Source: Eledone cirrhosa
Lineage: Eukaryota
Reading direction: 5' to 3'
DNA length: 64,000 nt
Assembly: GCA_964016885.1 (NCBI GenBank)
Contig: OZ024743.1
Coordinates: forward strand, 236,158,001-236,222,000
The notes beneath the pieces are model-generated. The model was not told the DNA's origin. It did not search any database and worked only from the letters and a program-made list of their open reading frames with translations. A program made the position numbers and the translations under genes. Within the stretch, counting starts at the first letter, position 1, and every line of letters starts with the position of its first letter. Positions 39,473 to 52,724 of this stretch are shown here, in pieces.

Positions 39473-40963
39473 GAAACACACAGATACATGCGGACGCACA
39501 CATATATACATGAATGCATCCGCACCCAACTTTGAGTTAAGGGTACCAACTTCACCGATGTTGCTCAATGAATGACTGGGACAGACCAATTCAGTTTGAA
39601 CTAGACTGAACCAGTATCAGAGTTACAAATACATTATGAAGAGAGAAGAAACATTTAGATATAATTAGTAATAAAATGTATCATACCTAAACTGTTCCTA
39701 AATTCCTCGACTACGTAGTTTCGTGGCATAAACAAAAACAATATATCAAAGATATAGAGTCCTTGCGAGGTCTGCCGACTTATCAAGAGGATACCTCATT
39801 TTACTAGTCTCAAGAACGCGTCTACACGACGTGAGAAAGAATCCCAAAAGGCGGAGGGGGAGATAGTCACGCGATATAACGGTCAGTTGGGTGCGGATGC
39901 ATTCATGTATATATGTGTGCGTCCGCATGTATCTGTGTGTTTCTAAATATATTAATAACTCCCTCTGGTTGAGCAATCTTTGAGGTGTGGGGACAACTGG
40001 AAAGCTTCCATTACTCATACTTCTCGCCTTCTTCACTACCTCTTCTACGGCCTCGATATGAATACTCCCTCCGCCTCCGTGGTATTTTCTTCGTGGTTAT
40101 AAGAGGCTTAGCTCTGTTTCTCGACCGTTATATCGCGTGACTATCTCCCCCTCCGCCTTTTGGGATTCTTTCTCACGTCGTGTAGACGCGTTCTTGAGAC
40201 TAGTAAAATGAGGTATCCTCTTGATAAGTCGGCAGACCTCGCAAGGACTCTATATCTTTGATATATTGTTTTTGTTTATGCCACGAAACTACGTAGTCGA
40301 GGAATTTAGGAACAGTTTAGGTATGATACATTTTATTACTAATTATATCTAAATGTTTCTTCTCTCTTCATAATGTATTTTTAACTCTGATACTGGTTCA
40401 GTCTAGTTCAAACTGAATTGGTCTGTCCCAGTCATTCATTGAGCAACATCGGTGAAGTTGGCACCCTTAACTCACAGTTGGGTGCGGATGCATTCATGTA
40501 TATATGTGTGCGTCCGCATGTATCTGTGTGTTTCCAAATATATTAATAACTCCCTCTGGTCGAGCAATCTTTGAGGTGTGGGGACAACTGGAAAGCTTCC
40601 ATTACTCATACTTCTCGCCTTCTTCACTACCTCTTCTACGGCCTCGATATGAATACCCCCTCCGCCTCCGTGGTATTTTCTTCGTGGTTATAAGAGGCTT
40701 AGCTCTGTTTCTCGACCGTTATATCGCGTGACTATCTCCCCCTCCGCCTTTTGGGATTCTTTCTCACGTCGTGTAGACGCGTTCTTGAGACTAGTAAAAT
40801 GAGGTATCCTCTTGATAAGTCGGCAGACCTCGCAAGGACTCTATATCTTTGATATATTGTTTTTGTTTATGCCACGAAACTACGTAGTCGAGGAATTTAG
40901 GAACAGTTTAGGTATGATACATTTTATTACTAATTATATCTAAATGTTTCTTCTCTCTTCATA

Positions 40964-40968
<5 letters not shown>
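38072..40968. mobile_element. Cluster of a 591-bp HHR-containing tandem repeat (retrozyme-like), direct and inverted copies bounded by (TA)n
   Basis: Direct tandem ~39885-40968 with period 591; further near-identical copies on both strands. Confidence 0.88.
40216..40303 (+). ncRNA. Variant HHR with U3:A8 core (591-bp family); also + at 39249-39338 and 40807-40894, - at 38111-38200, 38796-38885 and 39704-39791
   Basis: tcctc-TTGATAA-gt(c)ggca...tgccac-GAAA-ctacgtag-TC-gagga. Confidence 0.78.
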
Positions 40969-41034
<66 letters not shown>

Positions 41035-41215
41035 AACAATAATGATACTATTTATAGTTATGTATATACTATAATCAACTATAAACAGGAAAGGTCAGTA
41101 ATTTCTACTACCTTATTACCAGTAAGAGGAATAGCTCAATGTAAGAACATCAGGTGTTTTACAGAGCAGGAATATAAATTACACAAGTATCAAAGTTATG
41201 TTCAAATCATTTAAT

Positions 41216-41262
41216 TGCTGACAATCGTTTCTTCCAAACTTTCGTTTGGAATCATCGGAGCA
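41216..41262 (-). ncRNA. Type I HHR motif with a U4C core change
   Basis: tgct-CCGATGA-ttccaaac(gaaa)gtttggaa-GAAA-cgattg-TC-agca. Confidence 0.65.
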
Positions 41263-41755
41263 TTATCAATGTTTGTACATATAATTAACCACCTATTCAA
41301 CTGAACAATCATATAGATACATATATATTGATGTTGTGAGCAACAGTTTCGTATTTATAGGGTGTACTGGATGCGATATATATTATACGAGAATTGTACA
41401 AAAATTAAAATTAAAATTAAAAGCACAGAGTGGAATACATGCGACAGATAATACAAGAGAATAGTTTAATAATTAAAGAGGCATTGAGAAAGAATGAGGA
41501 CATTAGCAGTACATATGCAAGCGTGTAGAAAGTGCATATGCGTTAGTCATATATATGAGAAGGGAGCAAGCAAAGGTATTAGGCATATATAGATAAATAA
41601 ATAAATACTGTATGGCAAGCAAATGTGTTAATGTATTAAAAATTTATGGCGGATGTAAGGTGATGATAGTGTTCATATATATATACATATGTATATATAT
41701 ATATGAGTATATATACATATGTATATATATATATGAGTATATATACACACAAACA

Positions 41756-41790
<35 letters not shown>

Positions 41791-41801
41791 GTGTGTGTGT
41801 G

Positions 41802-41856
<55 letters not shown>

Positions 41857-42159
41857 GTATCCGTATGTATGCTCCGTAACTTAACTTTTAACAAAATGAG
41901 ATCGATAATATGTAGGGGAATTGGACAAAATAAAACTACTGGAATTGATATGATTGACTAAATTCCTTCAAGTCGGAGCCCCGGTATGGCCGTAGTCTAA
42001 TGATTAAACTAACAAAAGAATATTGCCCCAGCTAAGCCGTCAACTTTGCACAGATTCAGTCAGATACAGGACATCTGATTACAGGAGAAACAGGTTGGGT
42101 TTGGAGAGAAGTTGTAGATCGGGACTGACGTGGAGCTAAACTACAACAGCAGCAACAGC

Positions 42160-43385
42160 ATCATCACCACCACCACTACTACCACTACTACCACTAACAC
42201 TACCACTACCACCACCACCAATACCACTACTACCACCACTACTACCACCACTACCACTACTACCACCACTACCACTACTACTAGCACTACTACCACCACT
42301 ACCACTACCACTACCACTACCACTACCACTACCACCACTACTACCATCATTACCACTACCACCACTACTACCACCACTACCACTACCACTACTACCACCA
42401 CTACCACCACTACCACTACCAGTACCACCACTACTACCACCACTACCACCACTACCACTACTACCATTACCACTACCACTACTACCACTACTACTACCAC
42501 TACCACCACTACTACCACCACTACCACTACCACTACCACAACTACTACCACCACTACCACTACCACTACCACTACCACTACTACTACCACTACCACTACT
42601 ACCACCACTACTACCACCACTACCACTACCACTACCACCACTACTACCACTACTACCACTACTATCAGCACTATCACTACCACCACTACTACCACCACTA
42701 CCACTATCACTACCACCACTACCACTACCACCACTACCACTACCACTACTACCACCACTACTAGAACTACCACTACCATCACCACCACCACCACTACCAC
42801 TACTAGAACTACCACTACCACCACCACCACCACTACTACCACCACTACTACCAACACTACCACTAATACTACCACTACTACCACCACTACCACTACCACT
42901 ACCACTACCACTACTACCACCACTACTACCACCACTACAACTACCACCAATACTACCACTACTACCACCACCACCACTACACCACCACCATAACCATCAC
43001 CACTACCACACCACCACTACCACCACCACGACCACCACCACGACCACCACCACCATCACCACACCACCACTACCACCACTACACCACCATCACCACACCA
43101 CCACTACCACCACTACACCACCATCACCACACCACCACTACCACCACTACCACCATCACCATCACCACTACCACACGACACCACCACCACCACTACACCA
43201 CCATCACCACACCACCCCTACCACCACTACCACCACCACCATCACCACTACCACACGACACCACCACCACCACTACATCACCATCACCACACCACCACTA
43301 TCACCACCACCACCACCACCACCACCACCACTACCACTACTACCACCACTACTACCACCACTACCACCACCACCACCACCATCAT
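42160..43385. repeat. (CAC/TAC)n compound trinucleotide array
   Basis: Direct reading. Confidence 0.95.
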
Positions 43386-43542
43386 TAATCCATATTTAAT
43401 CCTACCTCATACTGATGATATAATCCTTTAACTAATCGAACCTATTTTCCCGATTATTTTCCTGCATTGATTAACTTGAAAGAACTGATTCTCCGTTCCA
43501 CCAGAGAGAATTGGCAATTTGGTTCGTTTTTCATGATGGAAT

Positions 43543-44470
43543 TACTCAATAATATATAGTGTAGTACTCAATAATATATAGTGTTGTACGTGAAACACTG
43601 GTGTTGCTACTCAATAATATATAGTGTAGTACGTGAAACACTGGTGTTGCTACTCTATAATATATAGTGTAGTACGTGAAACACTGGTGTTGCTACTCAA
43701 TAATATATAGTGTAGTACGTGAAATACTGGTGTTGCTACTCAATAATATATAGTGTAGTACGTGAAACACTGGTGTTGCTACTCAATAATATATAGTGTA
43801 GTACGTGAAACACTGGTGCTGCTACTCAATAATATATAGTGTAGTACGTGAAACACTGGTGCTGCTACTCAATAATATATAGTGTAGTACATGAAACACT
43901 GGTGTTGATACTCAATAATATATAGTGTTGTACGTGAAACACTGGTGTTGATACTCAATAATATATAGTGTAGTACGTGAAATACTGGTATTGCTACTCA
44001 ATAATATATAGTGTAGTACGTGAATCACTGGTGTTGCTACTCAATAATATATAGTGTAGTACGTGAATCACTGGTGTTGCTACTCAATAATATATAGTGT
44101 TGTACGTGAATCACTGGTGTTGATACTCAATAATATATAGTGTAGTACGTGAAACACTGGTGTTGATACTCAATAATATATAGTGTTGTACGTGAAACAC
44201 TGGTGTTGATACTCAATAATATATAGTGTAGTACGTGAAACACTGGTATTGCTACTCAATAATATATAGTGTAGTACGTGAATCACTGGTATTGCTACTC
44301 AATAATATATAGTGTTGTACGTGAATCACTGGTGTTGATACTCAATAATATAGAGTGTAGTACGTGAATCACTGGTATTGCTACTCAATAATATATAGTG
44401 TAGTACGTGAATCACTGGTGTTGATACTCAATAATATATAGTGTAGTACGTGAATCACTGGTGTTGCTAC
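43543..44470. repeat. 43-bp minisatellite, ~21 copies
   Basis: Unit tactcaataatatatagtgtagtacgtgaaacactggtgttgc. Confidence 0.95.
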
Positions 44471-44560
44471 CAAATCAACTACTTTATGTACAGAGTGTAT
44501 ATTATAGAATTAAAGGAGGAAGTTTCGTTTACATATAAAAAATATATCTTTTGTCACATC

Positions 44561-44652
44561 ACCAGTCTGGGGAGCAGATCTATACTGGAGTTGGGTCCAT
44601 AACTCCTATGAGTCACCTTGAGCCAATCCTTTGCGAAACGCGCGTAACAGGT
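44561..44652 (+). ncRNA. Degenerate HHR (A6G) with branched stem II, inside a 20-bp inverted repeat (44516-35 / 44677-96)
   Basis: accagt-CTGGGGA-gcaga...tttgc-GAAA-cgcgcg-TA-acaggt, followed by AATAAA. Confidence 0.55.
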
Positions 44653-44888
44653 CGATACGCAATAAATATTTTTCCTATGTAAACGAAACTTCCTCGTTTT
44701 TTTTTTCTATTTCTGTTTACATGCCGACACGAGAGCAAGAATGTCATTCTACTGACATGGCTTAAAAAAGAGGCTGTTTGCATAATTGCAAACGTATCGA
44801 ATATTATTATTAATGTTCGAATAACTCAGATTACATTTATTGTATTCACTCATGTAGAGCGATACACTATTTATATATATATATATAT

Positions 44889-45715
44889 ATACAAATAAAT
44901 CATCGAGAATCGGAACTTCGGCCCACGAAATAACGAAATACAATCTTCGAAATGTGCAGCAAAGTGCTCAATAGTTCGGATAAACCAGAGCTAGCTATAA
45001 CTAACGTTTAATACCAACACACTGAGACGATGCTTAAACAATCATTCGCACAGCCAAAAATACGACCAAGAAAATTCGGGTCTGACAAATAAAAATATAT
45101 ATGAATGAAAAATTTACCCGGACCCCCTGGAAAGATGGTAAATTCCAGCATTTGGGTTTCTGCGGCTCCTAAATCAGTTACCGTCAGCCTACATAAAAAA
45201 TATCCGGCTTCTGGTAAGACGATGAACAAGGAAGTCACTTTTTCAACAGGCGTTTAGTTCAAAAATACAAGGGAAGTCCGTTACTAAATCCAGGTGGGGA
45301 CCAGCAAGGGAGGGAACCCCTATATTAGGCGAATGAATTCAGTTGTGTATATTATTGTAAGAATACAAAATATCACAAATCGAATTAGAGTTCTCAACAG
45401 ACGGGTTAAAATTAACATGAGCTATTCATCAGTCAATAGGATCAACTAAAAAATCAATAAAATTAACTGATCAATAGCTAAGGACTGGAGATAAATACAA
45501 ATAAATTATCGAGAATCGGAACTTCGGCCCATGAAATAAAGAAAAAACAATCTTCGAAATGTGCGGCAAAGTGCTCAATAGTTCGGATAAACCAGAGCTA
45601 TAACTAACGTTTAATACCAACACACTGAGACGATGCTTAAACAATCATTCGCACAGCCAAAAATACGACCAAGAAAATTCGGGTCAGACAAATAAAAATA
45701 TATATGAATGAAAAA
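44889..45715. repeat. ~225-bp direct repeat (period ~605) starting at (TA)n
   Basis: 44889-45113 is nearly identical to 45495-45713. Confidence 0.85.
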
Positions 45716-45999
45716 TATATGAAATATAAAATTATAAGTTTGAAGAACAGCCAGACAAAATATATTCAGTTTTTCTCCTCCTTAGTCCGTAGAAATTAAC
45801 CAGATAAATAATCATTTAAACGGAGCTAAGTTTAAAATGTAACTTTGAAGAAATAACAGATAAATGTTACAGACTTTTCTCTGTGAGGAACAGTCAGATA
45901 AGATTTACCTTTTAGTCCGTAGAAATTAACTAGTCAAATAATCAATTAAACGGAGCTAAGTTTAAAATGTAAGTTTGAAGGAAAAAAATTTATATAAAC

Positions 46000-46762
46000 T
46001 TTACCAAAATTCTTCTAGTCCTGACTATCGATAGTTTCGCTCGTACTTTGTGGATATGTCCAATCCTGGTATTATCCATGAGGTTTCGAGCTTTTCAAGA
46101 GACTCCCTCAGTTTGGACTAAAACTTCTAAAGTGATCGCCGCCTTATGCCGACTCTTGCCGACTCCTTCGCCGTATAATTTGTTCACTGATTCCTTCCTT
46201 AGACATTCTAACCACTCGCCCGTAGTACCGAAGCTGTGATCTCATGATTTGGAGAACTGGCGGCTCTAAGTAGCGTGACTCCTTCATCTCCAAGCTACGT
46301 ACCTAATCGAATAACATTACTCCAAAGACTCTTCGGAGGAGTCCCATTTCGGCCGCTTGTAGTCGCGATCATATTCTTTCAGTCATCACCCACGATTCTT
46401 TTAATCATAACCCACGATTCAATCGGTCATCACCCACGATTCAATCGGTCACAATCCACGATTCAATCGGTCACCACCCACGATTCAATCGGTCACAACC
46501 CCCGATTCAATCGGTCATCACCCACGATTCTATCGGTCAATACACACAACTTATGACCAAAGGTAAGGGTTGTCATGAACAGACAATTGAAAATAATCAG
46601 TTTTGCTCTTACGCCAACCTCTCCCCTTCTTCTGATGACTGAATGCTAAAGCTGGCACAATACTGCCCCACCTACAGCAATTCTTTCATTCAACTCAGCT
46701 TCTTTCCCTCCATCATTTGTAAATATAACCCCGAGGTATTTGAATTTCATCTGCTTCATGTG
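46000..46762 (-). mobile_element. RTE LINE RT fragment containing a 22-bp minisatellite expansion
   Basis: Minus strand has FKYLGVIFTNDG; homologous to 30550-30700. Confidence 0.7.
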
Positions 46763-46774
46763 TAACTCTCAGCC

Positions 46775-46930
46775 GGATGACGGATTGTGTTCTTGAGCAA
46801 GACACTTAGTTTCACGTTGCGTTAGTTAACTCAGCTGGAAGTGAATACCATCAGCAGCAACTGGGAGTTATCCTTGCGATAGACTGGCGTCCAATCCAGA
46901 GTGGAGTCTTATACTCTCACTCACTTAACA
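46775..46930 (+). mobile_element. SINE family 2 fragment
   Basis: gtgttcttgagcaagacactt core. Confidence 0.6.
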
Positions 46931-47004
46931 CTCATCGAGCCTGAATAAGTTCTGAGCTTCATCAAACCCATGTAAATACGGAAAATTGGATATAATACAA
47001 TAAT

Positions 47005-47192
47005 TGTTTCTACTTTTGGCACAAGGCCAGCAATTATCCCAGTGTATTACTGGTACTTTATTTTACCGACCCCGTAAGGGTGAAAAGCAAAGTTAACCTC
47101 GGCGGGATTTGAACTCAGATCATAAAGGGCCGTAACTCTTTGCGTCAAAGCATGGCGTACGTCCCTCTACCGATACTGCCAATCCACCGCCC
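47005..47192 (-). mobile_element. SINE family 1, full length
   Basis: 18-bp TSD tggatataatacaataat at 46987-47004 / 47193-47210. Confidence 0.92.
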
Positions 47193-47337
47193 TGGATATA
47201 ATACAATAATAACTGCTATTTTACTCTGCAAAATTGGTAGGAGTGTATTTCGCTTGAGGTGGAGTGGCTGACGCAGCGTGTGTCGCTGGCTATTCTCCGT
47301 GTCAATCCTTTCACCATTTTGTGTTCGGAGTGTGGCA

Positions 47338-48108
47338 GAGATATATCACAGAGATACACCACAGATATACCAGAGATATACCACAGAGATATACCACAGA
47401 CATACCAGAGATATACCACAGAGATATACCACAGAGATATACCACAGAGATACACCACAGAGATATACCAGAGATATACCACATAGATATACCACAGAGA
47501 TATACCACAGAGATACTCCACAGATATATACCAGAGATATACCACAGAGATATACCACAGAGATATACCACAGAGATACACCACAGAGATATACCAGAGA
47601 TATACCACAGAGATATACCACAGAGATACACCACAGAGATATACGAGAGATATACCACAGAGATATACCACAGAGATATACCACAGAGATATACCACAGA
47701 GATATACCACAGAGATACACCACAGAGATATACCAGAGATATACCACAGAGATATACCACAGAGATACACCACAGAGATATACGAGAGATATACCACAGA
47801 GATATACCACAGAGATATACCACAGAGATATACCACAGAGATATACCACAGAGATACACCACAGAGATATACCACAGAGATATACCAGAGATATACCACA
47901 GAGATATACCAGAGATATACCAGAGAGATATACCAGAGATATACCAGAGATATACCAGAATGATATACCACAGAGATATACCACAGATATATACCAGAAA
48001 TATACCACAGAGATACACCACAGAGATATACCAGAGATATACCACAGAGATATACCACAGAGATATTCGACAGAGATACACCACAGAGATATACCAGAGA
48101 TATACCAC
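47338..48108. repeat. 13/11-bp minisatellite (agagatataccac)
   Basis: Direct reading. Confidence 0.95.
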
Positions 48109-48242
48109 ATAAACCGAGATGTAGAATCTGCCGTTTCCCCTTATTGTCGCTATTTTACGTTTTTTCTGACTTTTTCTATTTTTTTATTCCAAAAACTGTA
48201 TAAAACAATAAAACATTGTTGAATGCAATATGAATTATAAAC

Positions 48243-48652
48243 ACCTCTCTGTCTCATCAACCTCTCTGTCTCATCAACCTCTTTGTGTCATCAACCTCTT
48301 TGTGTCATCAACCTCTCTGTGTCATCAACCTCTCTGTGTCATCAACCTCTCTGTCTCATCAACCTCTCTGTGTCATCAACCTCTCTGTGTCATCAACCTC
48401 TCTGTGTCATCAACCTCTCTGTCTCATCAACCTCTCTGTGTCATCAACCTCTCTGTGTCATCAACCTCTCTGTCTCATCAACCTCTCTGTGTCATCAACT
48501 TTTCCGTGTCATCAACCTTTCTGTATCATCAACATTTCTGTATCATCAACCTTTCTGTGTCATCAACCTTTCCGTGTCATCAACCTTTCCGTGTCATCAA
48601 CCTCTCTGTGTCATCAATCTCTCTGTGTCACCAACCTCTCTGTGTCATCAAC
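48243..48652. repeat. 17-bp minisatellite (acctctctgtgtcatca)
   Basis: Direct reading. Confidence 0.95.
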
Positions 48653-48869
48653 CATTCTATAACTATCGTTGTTGTGGTAAATGTATGGCGACTGCCTTCG
48701 GTCGTTTTTCTTGGTGTCAACTTTATAACTGATGTATTTACTCTGGACCATAATGTATTAACATATCGATCCACTGAGTGCTTTGTGATTGCCTCAAACA
48801 ACTCAAATAGTACCTGCTGTCAACTTCGGTCAATACCTTATATATATACCTTCGGTCTATACCTTATAT

Positions 48870-49613
48870 ACGCAACAACATAGCGGCCACTTTCTCCAGG
48901 GCTTTGGATAAGCACTTCCATAAGCAGCACCGGTACCACGCCATTTTCAACAGGCACACTATTAAATTGTTCTACTCCACAACTAGAAACCTAGCGCAAA
49001 ATATAGACGCCTTAAACCGCAATAGATTAAAAAACGTCCGCAACTCCAGGGTAAACAGCAACTGTGAGGAGATGCACCACGCAAATACCTCTTCCTCTGT
49101 TGGTAACGTCTTAAACCGTGAAAGACCGGGGAATCATACAACGCGATCCGGAGATCCGAGCGGCAATACCCCTCCAGGCTGTAATTGTAGAAACACCAGT
49201 AACTGCCCCTGGAGGGTAGGTGCCTCGGCAGTGGCTTAGTATATAAATGTAGGGTGAATACCAACAACCAAACCTTCACCTATATCGGAGCCACACCTAA
49301 TAAATTTAAGGAACGCTGATACAATCACTGCCACACCTTTAAGAGAGTCGATAAGAAACACAGCACCGCCCTCTCAGAACTGGTGTGGCGTCTGAAACAT
49401 GATAACGTAGAATACACCTTGTCGTGGTTCAATGTAGCCTCAGCCCAACCCTACAGAGGGGGTGGACATGACTCGTGCTATTTGTGTGTCACCGAGATTA
49501 TGGAAATAATCGAGAGGGGATCTCGAGTTATCAATAAAATGAGTAACCTCTTCAGCACCTGCCTCCACAGATCATCTGGAACCTTCCTCAAACTGTACGG
49601 ACTAACAACGTAG
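48870..49613 (+). pseudogene. Penelope-like element 3' coding remnant (GIY-YIG, Naiad-like Cys pattern)
   Basis: LDKHF...IFNRHTIKL.YS, CNCR...CP, frameshift, GRCL...LVYKC...YIGAT...FKER*YNH...STALSELVWRLK...CYLC...CLH. Confidence 0.82.
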
Positions 49614-50021
49614 TTGTACTAGTTGAAGACTATTGCAAACTTGACTGTGGAAGCCGGGCGTGGCCACGCAACAACCCCAGCGTCAGGCGAACCTTGGATA
49701 TCTTGTTTGCACACCTGGAGTCTCTGTGTGTACATGTTTCATGTCCCTTGTTCCTTATTCTCTGTTGTTTTTTTTATGTATTTTGGTCCCGTTCTTTTAT
49801 TATTGTGTTCTCTATATGTGTTCTCGATTTCTTATCTGCTTGTTCCTGTCCCTACTTTCGCTTCCCGTAACTCTCTTCCATAGCCTAACAGCCCTTTTAA
49901 TAGTATTGTTGCCACTGTAGTTAAGACTGAATGGTATTGTGGTTAACCGTTTTTTCTGCACTATAATTATTGCTAGCCTCGTGCCTTAGAATGATAGAGA
50001 GGAGTGTATTAACTGTGCATG

Positions 50022-50083
<62 letters not shown>

Positions 50084-50999
50084 CATCTATGTTTCTATCC
50101 CATTTTCGCTTCCTTGTTTCAACGGAATACTATTGTGGTTAGTTTATTTTTCATGGAAGCGAGGCCTTTTCCTGTTGCCGCCGTCACCGTGGTGGGATCA
50201 TCACTGGTGTTGTTGTTGGTGTTACCAATGGGCTTAATTTTAATATAAATGATACCACCACTACTACGACGAACGGGGTGGGTGATGGGCGGTGTTGGTG
50301 CTTGTTGCCGTTACCATTGTTGTTGTTGCTATTTATGGCCATGGTGATTGATACCACCAACTCTGTGTACCCACCTACCTCTGAACTCCTTTTTATTGCT
50401 TTGGCATTATCGCTGTTTATTGTCGACATGGTGATACCGTCACTGCGACTGCTGCGGCCTGTATACACGACGCTGGTCTATGTTTTTGCTGTTGTTGTCG
50501 TTGTTGTTGTTGTTGTTGTAAGTGTTTACTGTAGCTGTTGCTTTAGTTGTTGTTGTCAATAGGGTGGTGGTATCACTACGACTATTGCGGCCAGTGTGGA
50601 CGATATTGGTCGGCGGTTTGTTATTATTGTCGTTATTGTTGCTGTTGCTGTTGTTGTTGTTGTTGTTGTTGTTGTTGTCTATCGGTGGTTGTCAACAACA
50701 TATATACCCCACCCTCCCCCAGAGCTCCATTTATTGCTGCCACTGTCTACTGGATTTTGGCTACACACAGTTCTTCGTTCTTTTCGTCTTTTTCGTTGAT
50801 AACTTTTTCTAGCAAACACGACGGCTGGCAAACCTGGAACTCATATGTATGCTGAGCACACAGGCATTAGGATGTGTGTGTTTTCCTGCTAACGACATAT
50901 CAAACATATCGATGTTCATCTGAGGATACCGTTCTCATAATCAACAGCAAATGCATGAAGGACATCTCGATTGCATGGGAGAACCGTGGAAAAAATTAT

Positions 51000-51139
51000 A
51001 ATTGTTTCTACATTTGGCACAAGGCCAGCAATTACCCAGTGCATTACTGGTACTTTATTTTATCGATCCCGTAAAGATGAAAGGCAAAGTTAACCTCGAC
51101 GGGATTTGAACTCAGACCGTAAAGGGACATAACTATGCT
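51000..51139 (-). mobile_element. SINE family 1, 5'-truncated
   Basis: Core present; tataat on both sides. Confidence 0.8.
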
Positions 51140-51181
51140 ATAATGATTAAACGATATATGTAACCTCAGCATCTTATTTTG

Positions 51182-51231
<50 letters not shown>

Positions 51232-51514
51232 CAAATTTGTATTGGTAGTGTATATATGTATATATATATATATATATTTGTGTGTGTGTGTGTTTATAAA
51301 AAGGAAAAGAATGACTTCACCTGTAGTTCTAAACTGTTTAGAAGTGAAGTCATTATTCCTTTATAAATATTCCTAACTGTACCAAGGATTTCACATATTT
51401 TCCAATATGCATGTGCACTGAAAAACCTTATTCCTAGTGATATGAAGTTGACAGTATTGATTTATATGGTTGGTGACACGGATGGATGGTGTGGTTGAGT
51501 AGAGTGAGGCTAGG

Positions 51515-52252
51515 GATGGAGATATATCGATACTGTAGTGTGGTAGTTGATAGAGGGAGGGGTTGGAGGGGGGAGGGGTGTGAGAGAGTGAGAGAGAAAT
51601 ATCAATACTGTAGTGTAGTAGTTGATAGAGGGGGAGGGGTAGAGATAGATAGGGAGGGAGAGGAGGAGAGAGGAAGAAATATTGATACTGTAGTGTGGTA
51701 GCTGATAGAGAGGGGGTTAAAGATAGATAGAGGGAGAGGGAGGGGGGAGACAGAAATATTGATACTGTAGTGTAGTAGATGATAGAGAGGGGGGATGTAT
51801 AGATAGATAGAGAGAAAGTGTGAAAGAGAGATATAGTGAGAGAGAGAGGGTGTGGGGGAAAGAAAGGGCGTGAGAGAGAGGGTGAGAGGAAGAGATGTCA
51901 GAGAGATAGAAATATTGATACGGTAATATAGCAACAGATAGAGGGGGGGGGGGTATAGATAGATAAATAGATAGATAGATAGAGAGGTAGGTAGAGGGGG
52001 TGAGCGGGAAAGATGTCAGAGAGACACGAAATATTAAAATGTTGTATAGTGGTACTGAGAGAGAAGGGGAGAGAGGGTGAGAGAGAGGGAGGGTGAGAGA
52101 GGGAGAGAGAGAGAAAGAGAGAAAGAGAGAGAGTGAGAGAGAGTGTGTGAGTGTGAGAGAGAAAGAGAGAGGGTGAGAGAGAGTGTGTGTGTGTGTGAGA
52201 AAGTGAGAGAGGGAGAGAGATTGTGAGTGAGAGAGAGAACGGGAGAGAGAGA

Positions 52253-52307
<55 letters not shown>

Positions 52308-52565
52308 GGAGAGGGTGAGAGAGAGAAATGTCGAAGAAACACGAAATATGAATACAGTACAGTGCAGATAGAGAGAGGGGTGGGAGAGGGGTTGGTAGAG
52401 AGAGGGTGGAGAGACAGAACAGGAGAGAGAGATATAGAGAAAGAAAGAGGGAGAGAGATAGAGAGAGGGAAAGCGGGAGAGCGATATATATATATAGAGA
52501 GAGAGATAGGGAGAGAGAGAGAGACGGAAGGGAGGAGAGAGATAGAGAGAGAGAGTAAGAAAGGA
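51515..52565. repeat. GA-rich low-complexity tract with a recurring gatactgtagtgt motif
   Basis: Direct reading. Confidence 0.8.
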
Positions 52566-52662
52566 GGATAAAAGAAAGGAAGAAAGAAATATAAGGAAAT
52601 ATGTTCTAAACATAATTATGTCAAGATGTGGTTGTATAGAAGATGAGGTAAACTTCAAATAT

Positions 52663-52724
<62 letters not shown>

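Noticed and set aside
43543-44470. CRISPR-like regular repeat
   Set aside because: No unique spacers; a plain 43-bp minisatellite in eukaryotic DNA.
47216-48883. ORFs of 200-300 aa
   Set aside because: Translations of the 13-bp and 17-bp minisatellites.
49317-49319. In-frame TGA in the Naiad-like GIY-YIG as possible selenocysteine
   Set aside because: It falls at ER*YNH, an aromatic rather than Cys position, in an element that is also frameshifted.
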